Below, one piece after another: positions 52,721 to 64,000 of a DNA stretch of 64,000 nt. The notes below the pieces were generated by a model. That model saw nothing but the letters and a program-made list of their open reading frames with translations, had not been told where the DNA came from and made no database searches. Each line of letters begins with the position of its first letter. The first letter of the stretch is position 1. Origin of the DNA: Felis catus. Its lineage: Eukaryota. The stretch lies in the NCBI RefSeq assembly GCF_018350175.1, contig NC_058373.1:116996001-117060000 (forward strand). The letters are read 5' to 3'. Both the position numbers and the translations under genes were made by a program.

Positions 52721-53629
52721 GGCGTGGTGTGTGTGGTCCCCTTATCACCTTCAAGCTTCCTCAAGGGTAAATCTGACAGGAGCCCAAAGGAGCATGCCCG
52801 TTGGTGCACGAGAGAGCACGTCAAAGCTAAATTACATTGATCTGAAGCACAGATCTTTCGAGCACTGGTGCAAGATCCCAAGGAGCATTTTCCAGCCCTC
52901 TTGCCTTTTCAGCATGAGCAGGCACCGAAAATGAAGTGTGAGGGAAGGAAGCAGGCACCCAGGTTATTTTTAGCAAGCTATAGGAAATAGCCAACATTCT
53001 AATTTGAATTCTTCTCATTAAAACCCAGAGCCTAACCCCACACAGTTCTTGTTTCTAATGTCGGCAAACTTCTCTTTTTCCAGATAATTGACAATAGGCC
53101 CCCACGGAAGTCTTCTCAGCATTTCTGCAAAAATTTAGCAAACATTAGGTTTGACACCATCACCATGTTTGCCAAGACAGCAAAAATCCCAGCCGGCAAA
53201 ACTTCGAGCATGATGAAGTGGAACAGAGAGGACAGCGCGGAATGAGTGATCATTTCAGGAAATCTTCTAGCAAGAGTTTCCAGTGTTGGGGTTTCGCATC
53301 GTCTTTGCAGGAAGAGCGGTACGGAAGGTCCACTCTGGGGCCAGGCTGCGGTGATGTAGGTGGGTTTGCTCCTCTTTCTTTCCCACCTTCCCTCCCTATC
53401 CTCGAGTCGTTCCCGGAGTTAAAATTATTTTTTAATATTTTCGTTTGATAACAACAGAAACATTTTTTATTCGACAAGTTTACCTGGTATAGTCAGCGTC
53501 TGAATGATGGCTGAGCTGGTCTTTGGATTGGTGTGGCAGGCCTTCCACCTGCTTGACCTGGGACATGTTATTTAGCTTCTTTGGGTCTGGATTTCCCCAC
53601 ATGAGACGTGAACAGGTGTTATACTAGCT

Positions 53630-53940
53630 CAGCACTTCCCCAGCCTCAGTCATTCGGGTGTCGCCTTCATAATATTCGCCATGTTGTTATTTTTTTTTAA
53701 CATTTTTTCTTCTAAATTGATTCATTTGTTTACTTAAGTCTTTTTTTTAAAACAACAACAACAAAGTCTTGGCAATAATATATGTGAAATCATGGAATTA
53801 AGTGATGATAACCTTATTTCTAATACACATAAATAAGCACATAAATAAAATAAAATGGTTTTTTTTTTGCATATATCTATGTGAAATCAACCTACACTCC
53901 TCCATGATGATATATGTAGACCCCACTCTAGGAAGCTCTA
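53630..53940. mobile_element. hAT-Charlie MITE relic
   Basis: cagcacttccccagcctcagtcattcgggtgtcgccttcat...accccactctaggaagctct; a related element appears in the opposite orientation around 57230-57665. Confidence 0.45.
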
Positions 53941-54357
53941 GACAAGCCAGATTCTAAGCTCTCGTGCAGTGCTAACATACTGTTGTTCACATCTGGCCTT
54001 ACCTACCCTGCCTGGTTTCCCATAGCTTCCTAAAATAAAACCCTAAGCGTGGCCAAATCAATGTCCCTGTTACTCCTTGTAGACAGTATGTGCAAGCTAT
54101 TCCTTTCATCTAGAATCAATAATTCACTAAGGAAAGAGAAACCATGACCTAAGTAAGAAAGAGCAAATTGGGGAAGTACATGATTGGGTCAAAAGCTACC
54201 CTTGACCAATAGGCCAAGAGAATCCTTAGAGTTGGTTGGCAGTTGGTGGGTGAAGGTCAAGAGTAAAAAGTTGAGGGTTTGGTCCTTTATGGGCTATTTG
54301 TTTTCCTTGAAGAAGAGGTTTACCCACTTACAGGACAAATTTACTGGACAAAGTTTT

Positions 54358-54563
54358 TTTAAATGTTTATTTCTGAGGGGGGTGGGAAGGAGAGAAAAAG
54401 AGGGAATGAGGGGAGAGGAGCAGAGCGAAAGGGAGACAGAGTATCTGAAGTGGGCTCTACACTGACAGCAGAGAGCCTAACATGGGGCTCAAATTCACAA
54501 ACTGTGAGATCATGACCCGAGTTGAAGTCAGACCCTTAATGGACTGAGCCACCCAGGCGCCCC
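54358..54563 (-). mobile_element. CanSINE (older)
   Basis: TSD tggacaaagttttt. Confidence 0.92.
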
Positions 54564-55065
54564 TGGACAAAGTTTTGAGTGCTCCCTGAAGTTCTTCAAC
54601 CTTATCTAACATACAAAAGAAGATCTACTTGGGGAGTAATCATTATTTGATACAGAAATGTATTAATTCACTTATTTATAATGCATTTTGTGTTAAAAAA
54701 ATGCATGATGTGTTTCCTCCATACTAGGCATTGAACATACAAAGGCCATTAAGATATTTCTCTATCCTCTAGGAGCTCAGGTTTTGCTGGAGACGGAACG
54801 TACATGGGTGGGCCCGGTAAGGCATTGCAGACCTCCAAAGTATGTCCAGGGTACAATGTGCCTCGGGACGGGTAGTGTCAGTTCTGTTGGATCAGGCAGA
54901 ACTTCCTAAGGGATGTAACTTGAAATCTAAGCCAGCATTGGTTGGGGGGGGGGGGTGGCCCAGTGGGGATGGAATGCCCTTCCAGGGACTATAAACAGAG
55001 TTATAAGATTTTCTGGCATATTCAGAAAACTGAATGCAATTTAGTAGGGGTGGAACCTACAGTTG

Positions 55066-55067
<2 letters not shown>

Positions 55068-55103
<36 letters not shown>

Positions 55104-55145
55104 TGTGTGTGTGTGTATGTGTGTGTAAGAGAGAGAGAAAGAGAA
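55068..55145. repeat. Interrupted (TG)n followed by (GA)n microsatellite
   Basis: Seen directly. Confidence 0.95.
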
Positions 55146-56232
55146 ACAGAGTGGTTGACTCCAGCGGTCGTACTTCCCTATTCAAGAAGGAACTGTTAGA
55201 GACTTCAACGCAAGTGGGAGCTATGTCCAGAGCTGCATGCTGGAAGCTCACTCAGGTGCTCGCGTGGTGGATAATTGGATAGGGACAAGTTCCCAAGCCA
55301 TAGGCAGAGACCCATTAAAACACTATTCTAAGGGTCCGGGAGAGAGACGATGAGGGCAGCAGTGGTGAGAGAGAGAGAGAGTAGGGACAGCTTTGAGAGT
55401 CAGTGTGAAGGATGAGCTGATGAGAACGGGAGATGCCTAGGAAGGGGTCAAGGTTGCCAGCTTGCTGATTGGCTAGTGGTGCCATTCTCACCGTGGGGAC
55501 CCAGCAGGAAAGAAGCAATCTGGGGAAATATGCATTTCTTTTGGAACTGGACCCCTTGGGGCCTGCATGGCAAAGTGATCGGGTATGGAGCCCTGACACC
55601 TGAGTTCTTTTCCTAGCTCTGTTCCTATGACCCTGTTTCGACTTCTCACCATTTCCACCATCTTGTCCCTAAGATGTATGGCCCGCTCTGGCTTGATTTC
55701 AGGTCTTGAGGAAAAGAAAAGAAAAGAAAAAAAAAATATGTGAAAGCACTTCCTAAATGTCTTCACAAATGTAAATATTTCTGTCTCCAAGGAAGCGCAA
55801 GGTGTAAAAAGCAGAGTCATCAGCACATTTAGCTCATAAATGGGCAGAGTATGTGACTCCTTTGCATCATGACAGAGCACACAGCAGAGACGTCTCTACA
55901 GAAGTGCCAACATTACTGCTTATCCTTTGGCCAAGATGGCCTAATTTCTATGAGACGAAAGGTTATCACTTTGCTTTGTAACGTGCCAATTCACCGGACA
56001 CTACATCTCTTCGTTTTTTTTCCTAAATCTTATGAAGTCATTTTGCCATTGCCACTTGCTAGGTTGGCCAAAACATCCATCGTCAGCCATAATGAGGATT
56101 CCTGTTGGATCACATACAAAGCCTGTTTTTCACGAGTGAGGTTTAAGACATGTATGTCCACTCGCGAGTGGAGTGAGCGACGTTTACACAGCGTTGGTTT
56201 GCATCCGTCTTGGGAGCTTTCCTGGTAAAATC

Positions 56233-56578
56233 TGAAACTGGCCTCTGTACTCAGAAGGGAGGGAGAGACCAAAGAAAGAGGCAGGCCATCACGGGTAGGT
56301 GGGTGGCAATCTCAATAACAGCGACGGAAGCTTACATGTGAGACAAATTGATCCCTGCACCTGCCCACCCAATCTTAAAATGTTATAAAGGGGCCTTCGC
56401 TGGGTTCAGTCACATCTACTGGGCAGGTGTTCTCAATACCGTATCACTATCTTAAGGCTACGTCCTTGAAGTAGCCTCTGGAAGTGGGAAAGGCAAGCAG
56501 GATGCATATTCCCAGGACAGAGGAAGGAGTGAGGAGCCTCCAATTGGCGGTCATGTCCTTCCGATGACGTTCCCAACA
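56233..56578 (-). mobile_element. Probable ERV solo LTR
   Basis: tgaaac...cccaaca termini, internal ttataaa and attgg motifs; family not recognised. Confidence 0.4.
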
Positions 56579-57401
56579 CACAGGTAACTAACCATCCTTG
56601 CATGAACAGGGTAACCTAGTTGTCCTAGGTTTAGGAAACCCCATCACTAACTTGCTAGTCCAGACCAAGGGCTTTGCAATCTGTCACCCCTAGGGCTGAG
56701 GAGAACGGGAGACTGAGGTGCCGATTGATCTGTGCTGGTGGTTAACATGCCCAAGGCAGCTCAGCAGCATTATCATCCAGACCAAAAGAAATTTGGGAAT
56801 TACCTTTAATTACTGTTGTGGTCCCAGTTTGCTGTACGGGAAGCATGCTCCTTATAAATAAGGAAAGTTGAGATATCAACAGTGTGGCGAAGGTCGGTAT
56901 GGAAGACAAACCCCAGCACGGAACCACCGAGGGTGGGGGCTGGTGAGGAGGGCTGATGGTTGAGTGTGCACGATGCAGCTGAGGTCTACTGCAGAGAAAG
57001 GGGGGACATGGAGACTTCCTCAGGCAAGGAGGTCAGAATGGAGAGAAATAGGAATAAGAAGGCATTTTGAGTTAATTGAAAAGAACTCCGAGATATTTCT
57101 TATAAATCGTTCTCATGAACGGAGAAAAGATCAACTTGGGGCAACCGCTCTTAGAATAGCGTTCCTGGTCAGGGTATTTTAAATGTTAACTCACCTCCTG
57201 GGAGGAGAGAAAAGCCACCTCTTAGAGCGATATCCCACTGGTGGTGTGTGAGAGGATGGCTGGAGTTAAACATCTGAATACTCTTCTATTTTAATAGTTG
57301 CGTGTTTATTTGATGACTATCATTATCTTTGGCAAGTCATTATACTTTTCTATTTGAGGCAGTGGCACAACACTTTCTGTTAAAATAAATTTGAGGGAGG
57401 A

Positions 57402-57538
57402 GGGGCACCTGGGTGGCTCAGTCGGTTAAGCGTCTGACTCTTGATCTCAGCTTAGGTCTTGATCTCACAGTCGTGAGGTCAAGTCCTGTGTTGGGCTCCA
57501 CTCTGGGCATGGAGCCTACTTAAAAAATAACATAAAAT
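57402..57538 (+). mobile_element. Short CanSINE lacking the CT tract
   Basis: TSD aaaata(a/c)atttgaggg. Confidence 0.9.
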
Positions 57539-57851
57539 AAAATACATTTGAGGGGGAAAAGTGAGCTGATTTAAGGAAAAATTATTTATTAAAAGAAACA
57601 GGAGAGAGAGTATGGAAAAAATAGAAAGGCAGTATTAGAATGACCAAAGCTTGGGAGAACATCAAAAGTTGTGCTCCATTTGGGTGGAGAAGCAGAAAGG
57701 AAAGGAAATAATTACCTAGTTTGTAATGGCCCATGGGTAATTTTGCAACCAGTTTACCTCATCACATGAGCTTTTTTCTCATGAAGATTATTCTCTGAAA
57801 ATGCAAAAAATCCAAGGAGAGAGTCATATCTTAACATATGATAAACAGGTT

Positions 57852-58054
57852 TTTTTTTAAAGTTTATTTATTTTTGAGAGAGAGACAGAGCTCAAGGGGA
57901 GGATCAGAGAGAGAGGGAGACACAGAATCCAAAGCAGGCTCCAGGCTCAGAGCTGTCAGCACAGATCCCGACGTGGGGCTTGAACTCACGAACCGCGAGA
58001 TCATGACCTGAGCCGAAGTCGAACGCTTAATCGACTGCGCCACCCAGGCGCCCC
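57852..58054 (-). mobile_element. CanSINE
   Basis: Full body. Confidence 0.93.
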
Positions 58055-58272
58055 AAGCAGGGTTTTTTTTAATGATGTAGCTACACTTGGACCTGGACAC
58101 GTCTGGAAGGGGGAAGGAGATTCCCCTTGCAGTGGGGCTGCAGGGGGAGGTTAGGGGAGCCCACTCCAAGAGAGTTCACCAGCCTTATGATTTCATCCAA
58201 CTCTTGAGTAGAGAGCGTCCTTGGGTGGTGACAGTGCAGTGACAGACAAGTAGGTTGAATTAAAAGGTTCTG

Positions 58273-58501
58273 GGGGCGCCTGGGTGGCGCAGTCGGTTGA
58301 GCGTCCGACTTCAGCCAGGTCACGATCTCGCGGTCCGTGAGTTCGAGCCCCGCGTCAGGCTCTGGGCTGATGGCTTGGAGCCTGGAGCCTGTTTCCGATT
58401 CTGTGTCTCCCTCTCTCTCTGCCCCTCCCCAGTTCATGCTCTGTCTCTCTCTCTGTCCCCCCCCAAAAAATAAATAAACGTTGAAAAAAAATTAAAAAAA
58501 A
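58273..58501 (+). mobile_element. CanSINE SINEC_Fc (young)
   Basis: TSD aaaaggttctg. Confidence 0.95.
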
Positions 58502-58792
58502 AAAAGGTTCTGAAGGTTTAATTTTAATGTGATGATGGGTACCCTTTGAGGGTAGTGTATGTATGTAGGCCCTGCAGCTCCTAGAACAGTGCTCTGCACA
58601 TACACGTTAAGTAGCTGCTAAATGGGAGAATAACTGCACAATATTTTACATTGACTTGCAAAAGAGGAGAAACGGGTCAGGTTGGAAGTGATCGATAACT
58701 GAGTTCATATCGCATTTCTGCCCTTTACATGCTGTGTAGCCTTGGGTAAATTACTTAACCTTTCTGAATCTCGTCTAGCAAATGGAGCTAAT

Positions 58793-58981
58793 CAGTGGTG
58801 CACTGTACATGTTCTACAACCGGCTCACCAGGAAAAAGGAAAGCTCTGCTTTGTAGCACTTGCTGATTTCCGTAGTGTCACTATTCACCATCAAGCTAAC
58901 AAGCATTTCACAGCTAGCTTGCAAAATTCCTGCCAATCTACAAATCAGTTCTCAGAAACCCCCAGATACAGTTCACCACTG
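58793..58981 (-). mobile_element. MER63A-like hAT MITE inserted in a MIR relic
   Basis: Terminal inverted repeats cagtggtg...caccactg; acaaccggctc, tttgtagcacttgctgatttccgtagtgt, cttgcaaaattcctg. Confidence 0.7.
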
Positions 58982-59073
58982 GAGGTCACGATTCCAACCT
59001 CACACGGGTGCCAGTCATTCTTGGAGCACTTACTACCTGCTAATAAGCACTGTGCTTGGGTAGTCTCATCTAG

Positions 59074-59291
59074 TTTTTCTTCAATGTTTGTTTATTTTTG
59101 AGAGACGGAGAGAGACAGAGCGTGAGCAGGGGAGGGGCAGAGAGAGGGGGAGACACAGAATCCAAAGCGGGCTCCAGGCTCTGTCCGAGCTGTCAGCACA
59201 GAGCCTGACATGGGGCTTGAACTCACAGGCTGTGAGATCATGACCTGAGCCGAAGTCAGACGCTCAACCGACTGAGCCACCCAGGTGCCCC
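59074..59291 (-). mobile_element. CanSINE
   Basis: Full body next to the L1 tail. Confidence 0.93.
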
Positions 59292-59321
59292 TGTTTTTTT
59301 GATTTTTAATAATGATTTCAT

Positions 59322-59540
59322 GGGGCACCTGGGTGGCTCAGTTGGTGAGCATCCGACTTTGGCTCAGGTCGTGATCTCACAGTTCGTGGGTTTGAGCCCC
59401 GTATCAGGTTCTCTGCTGATGGCTCAGACCCTGGGGCCTGCCTTGGATTCTGTGTCTCCCTCTCTCTCTGCCCCTCCCCTGCTCACGCTCTGTCTCTCTC
59501 TCTCTCTCAAAAATAAACATTTAAAAAAATTAATAAAAAC
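59322..59540 (+). mobile_element. CanSINE
   Basis: TSD taatgatttca. Confidence 0.93.
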
Positions 59541-60380
59541 TAATGATTTCAAAAGTAGAATTTAGTGACTCATCACTTACATATGACACCCAGTGCTCAT
59601 CCCAACAAGTGCTCTCCCTAATGTCCATCACCCATTTAGCCCATCCCCCAAACCAAGACCCCTCCAGCAACCCTCAGTTTGTTCTCTGTATTTAAGAATC
59701 TCTTACAGTTTTCCTCCTCTCTCTTTATCTTATTTTTCCTTCCCTTCCCCTATGTTCATCTGTTTTGTTTCTTAAATTCCACATCTGAGTGAAATCATAC
59801 GATATTTTTCTTTCTCTGACTTATTTCACTTAGCATAATCTCTAAGTTCCATCCACATTGCTGCATATGGCAAAATTTCATTCTTTCTAATTGCTGAGTA
59901 ATATTCCGTTGTATATATATACCACAACTTCTTTATTCATTTGTCAGTCAATGGACATTTGGGCTCTTTCCATAATTTGGATATTGCTGATCGTTCCGTT
60001 ATAAACATTGGGGTGCATGTTACCCTTTGAATCAGCATTTTTGTATCCTTTGGATAAATACCTAGTAGTGCAATTGATGGGTCATAGGATAGCTCTATTT
60101 TTAATTTTTTGAGGAAACTCCATACTGTTTTGTAAAGTGGCTGCACCGGTTTGCATTCCCACCAACAGTGCAAGAGGGTTGCCCTTTCTCTGCAACCTTA
60201 CCAACAACTGTCATTTCCTCAGTTGTTAATTTTAGCCATTCTGACAGGTGTTAGGTAGTATCTCATATTGGTTTTGATTTGTACTTCCCTGATGATGAGT
60301 GATGTTGAGCATCTTTTCATGTCTTTTGCTCATTTCTTCATGGGATTATTTGTTTTTTGGGTGTTGAGTTGGTAAGTTCC

Positions 60381-60608
60381 TTTTTTTAAAAAAAAATTTT
60401 AATGTTTATTTATTCTTGAGAGAGAGACAACAGAGACAGAGTGTGACTGGGGAAGGGTCAGAGAGAGAGGGAGACACAGAATCTGAAACAGGCTCCAGGC
60501 TCTGAGCTGTCAGCACAGAGCCCGACGCGGGGCTCGAACTCACGGACCACGAGATCATGACCTGAGCCAAAGTCGGACGCTTAACTGACGGAGCCACCCA
60601 GGTGACCC
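60381..60608 (-). mobile_element. CanSINE inside L1
   Basis: Full body. Confidence 0.93.
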
Positions 60609-61088
60609 AAGTTTGATAAGTTATTTATAGATTTTGGATACTAACCCTTTATCTGATATGTCATTTGCAAATATCTTCTCCCATTCCGTCAGTTGCCTTT
60701 TAGTTTTGTTGCTTGTTTCCTTCACTGTGCAGAAGCTGTTTATCTCAATGAGGTCTCAATAGTTCATTTTTTGCTTTTGTTTCCCTTGTCTCTGGAGGCA
60801 TGTCTAGCAGGAATTTGCTGCAACAGAGGTCAAAGAGGTTGTTGCCTGTTTTCTCCTCTAGGATTTTGATGGCTTCCTGCCTTACATTTAGGTCTGTCAT
60901 CCATTTTGAGTTTATTTTTGTGTCTGGTGTAAGAAAGTGGTCCAGGTTCATTCTTCTGCATGTCGCTGTCCAGTTTTCCCAGCACCACTTGCTGAAGAGA
61001 CTGTCTTTATTCCATTGGATATTCTTTCCTGCTTTGTCAAAGATTAGTTGTCGATACGTTTGTGGGTCCATTTCTGGGTTCTCTATTC

Positions 61089-61311
61089 TTTTTTTAAATT
61101 TATTTTAATGTTTTTATTTATTTGTGAGAGAGAAAGAGAGAGAGGACAAGTGGGAGAGGGGCAGAGAGAGAGGGAGACACAGAATCCAAAGCAGGCTCCA
61201 GGCTCTGAGCTGTCGGCACAGAGCCTGATGCGGGGCTTGAACTCATGAACCATGAGATCATGACCCGAGCCGGAATTGGACACTTAACGGACTGAGCCAC
61301 CCAGGTGCCCC
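61089..61311 (-). mobile_element. CanSINE inside L1
   Basis: TSD tctgggttctctattct. Confidence 0.95.
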
Positions 61312-61351
61312 TCTGGGTTCTCTATTCTGTTCCATTTGTCTACGTGTCTGT

Positions 61352-61466
61352 TCTGACGGTGCAGAGCCTGATGTGGGGCTCAATCCCATGAACTGCAAGG
61401 TCATGACCTGAGCTGAAATCAAGAGTTGGATGCTCAACTGACTGAGCGAGCCAGCCAGGTATCCTC
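61352..61466 (-). mobile_element. 5' half of a CanSINE joined to the L1 5' break
   Basis: tRNA-like head only; no CT tract or tail. Confidence 0.8.
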
Positions 61467-61699
61467 CAGAAAGAGAGCTTTGTAGTGATTTACCAGCAAA
61501 GTGAGAGCTTCTTCCTTCCCTGCTCTCTCTGCTGTTGGCCTATCACACAATGAACAACACAGATGTTTCTAAGAATTTGATATCCAGCTATTCGTTAAAT
61601 GTATAATATTTGGAACTAAACTGATCCATTATTATACACTTTGTGCTAGAAGAGTATGAAATTCTTCCTTCAGAGACCTTGGGTTGGAGGAAGTTGGGC

Positions 61700-62120
61700 T
61701 GGGGGATTTGGCTAAGTAGACAGGGCCTCCTACCCAGATGTCATTCTCCTCCTATATCTGCCTTTCTGGCAGAGCCAGCTCCATGAGATGCTGGAAGCCA
61801 CTGCCAGGAACTTTCTTACAGGGAAGGTGGTCATGTAATCTACCCGGTTCTGGCCAATGAGACTTAAGGAAGCGTGATCAGAGGCTTCAGCAATTTTCTT
61901 TGTGGAACAAAGCAGAGACATGGGGAAAAAAAGTTCCATGTCTCCCTACCTGCTTTTTGACATTACTCTCCGGGGATGACAGATTTTGAGTCTAATTAGA
62001 TGGATGGCCTGGAAGTATCTACCTACTTATTTCCTGTTAGGTAAAGATAAAGAAATAGCCTTACTGGTTAGAGCCTGTCACCTATGCATGATGTGATTTG
62101 CAGCCCCAAGCATCCTATAC
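61700..62120 (+). mobile_element. MaLR LTR relic
   Basis: ggtggtcatgtaatctacccggttctggccaatgagacttaag... Confidence 0.5.
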
Positions 62121-62882
62121 CAATAATTAAAATGGATTTTCAAGTTTACCTGCTTGAATTGAACTATTAGAACGTGTGGTGACCAAAACACCACTGTGTC
62201 GGTGAGAAAGCTTTCTGCGGCAAGTAATTCCAAGTCCCGACTCCTGCTGGCTCAGCAGAGGGAGGTTTATCACCTTGTGTAACAGGGATAACAGAGTGGG
62301 GCAGGCCCCCCGGTGGTACACATACCCTGGCTGTCCTTCTCTGAGTCTCTCCTGTCCCATTCTCCTTGTGGGTGGGTTTGGTCCTCAGGCCAGTTGACTG
62401 CCAAGTTCTAGGCCCAGGGGAAGAAGGGGGATTGTCTATTCCTGTGTTTCTTCGGAGAAGCGAGGAGAGGTTCTTTGTCAGCCATGGTCCATATTTATCC
62501 TTTCCTAAGTCAGTCGTTGGCAATGGGAGTTGGGTTCCTACAATCCTTCTATGGGCTTCTATGGGCTAGGGGGTGGAGGGGAAGAACGTAAGAAAACCCA
62601 CACAAGGACCAACTCCACTTTTCTTATCTTTTTGCTTCTTGGAGATTTTTCACGGGCTCTGGTGAGCTTGTTTTCCACTCTGAGAACCCTAACTGATCAT
62701 TTTTTTTTTTTTTTCTCTTCTAGCTTGGCTTTGAGCCTTCACTCACTCAGGTGCCTCCCAGCTGACAAGGGTTTCTTTCCTTTTACCAGTTGGTTTCTCT
62801 TAAAAGAATCAATTCTTTTTGTTTCTGGATCCCTAAGGCCCCGATTATAAAACAGGTGTTGTATTTTAAAACACAATGTGTA

Positions 62883-63090
62883 GGGGCGCCTGGGTGGCGC
62901 AGTCGGTTAAGCGTCCGACTTCAGCCAGGTCACGATCTCGCGGTCCGTGAGTTCGAGCCCCGCGTCAGGCTCTGGGCTGATGGCTCAGAGCCTGGAGCCT
63001 GCTTCCAATTCTGTGTCTCCCTCTCTCTCTGCCCCTCCCCCATTCATGCTCTGTCTCTCTCTGTCCCCCCCCCCCAAAAAAAAAAACGTT
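62883..63090 (+). mobile_element. CanSINE SINEC_Fc (young)
   Basis: TSD aaaacacaatgtg at 62868 and 63091. Confidence 0.95.
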
Positions 63091-64000
63091 AAAACACAAT
63101 GTGATACCAATGTCTTCACAGGAAAAAAAAAAAAAGAATCTAGACAGACGCGCTAGTGTTTTTAGAGTTAAAAATGTTTCACTTGCATTTGTTCTTCTGC
63201 TTGAACATATCTTTATGCTCACAAAGAAAACAGGTACCACGCCTTTAAGAGTAGCTCCCTGTCAGATTTTAAAACTGATACAAAGTTACTTGAGGAATAA
63301 GAGCAATGAAATGTGAAGCGACTTTTATCTGACGACAACGTGGGGATTCAACTTGGAGGAGATAAGTTAGTAGAGGAGAGAAATGTGAGGTTTACACCCT
63401 TTCCTCATTTGATGGAAGAAGCCCTGGTCTTCTATTACCCCTCACGGCACCTTCGCTTGTATTCATGTGTACCGGATTAACCACCAAAGACTTGTTTTGT
63501 ACCTGGTTTCTGCTGCTTTTAGTCAGAGAGATACCCGTGAATCCCTTGTGTGAATTGTGAGCCAGCTGTAGCTGTTTCGGCCATTGTTATGAGACTACCC
63601 AGAACCCCATTCCTCCCTTCGTCCACCCTAATAGGACCTGTGTCCACCCTCCCGTATAGCCTGTGCTACTGGGAGAATCTGATGCCACTCTTGACTTTCG
63701 GGTGGGATTGAAGCAGTCAGCACGTCTGCCATCATTGGTTCAGGGGCAGACATGGGATGGGCAGAGTCCAATCAGGGTGAATCTCAAGATTTGGTTGCTT
63801 AGAATGTCACAGCAGGCACATTCTGTCTCCTTCTGCGGTGTGTGGGTGTGTGTTCAGTGCTGCTCACACCATGGAAGGTCAAGCAGAGACACTGAAAACA
63901 AAACAAAACAAAAGCAGATGGAAAGAAACTGAATCAAGCCAGGCCTGAGGCCTGACCCGGCTCTGGACCTTCCAGTGACATGGGCCAAGAAATCTTTCTT

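Larger units (their letters stand above)
59292..61350 (-). mobile_element. Carnivore-specific L1, 5'-truncated (ORF2 C-terminus plus 3' UTR), carrying three internal SINEs
   Basis: ORF 60745-61071 DPQTYRQLIFDKAGKNIQWNKDSLFSKWCWENWTATCRRM... and ORF 59937-60173 [40 protein letters not shown] are L1 ORF2 C-terminal motifs. Confidence 0.95.

Overview
Mammalian genomic DNA, almost certainly a felid (cat-like): it carries about 40 tRNA-derived CanSINEs, many of the young feline SINEC_Fc type. The window is repeat-dominated and intergenic or intronic, and no intact protein-coding gene, RNA gene, CRISPR array or prokaryotic system can be supported. The one clear gene-derived feature is a full-length processed GAPDH pseudogene (18871-20158, +) with target-site duplications. 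The rest is L1 fragments, old ERVL/MaLR solo LTRs, hAT MITEs, L2/MIR relics and microsatellites. Two structures are not explained by ordinary repeats. (1) A ~260-bp inverted copy of nearby DNA (9276-9537, copied from 10002-10247) sits between 14-bp direct repeats and looks like a templated insertion. (2) A CpG-rich, interspersed-repeat-free ~3.7-kb block (about 23.9-27.7 kb) contains an ~880-nt pure C/T tract and may be a decayed intronless gene on the minus strand; I could not identify it. Repeat family names come from recalled consensus sequences, and boundaries are approximate and were not computed.
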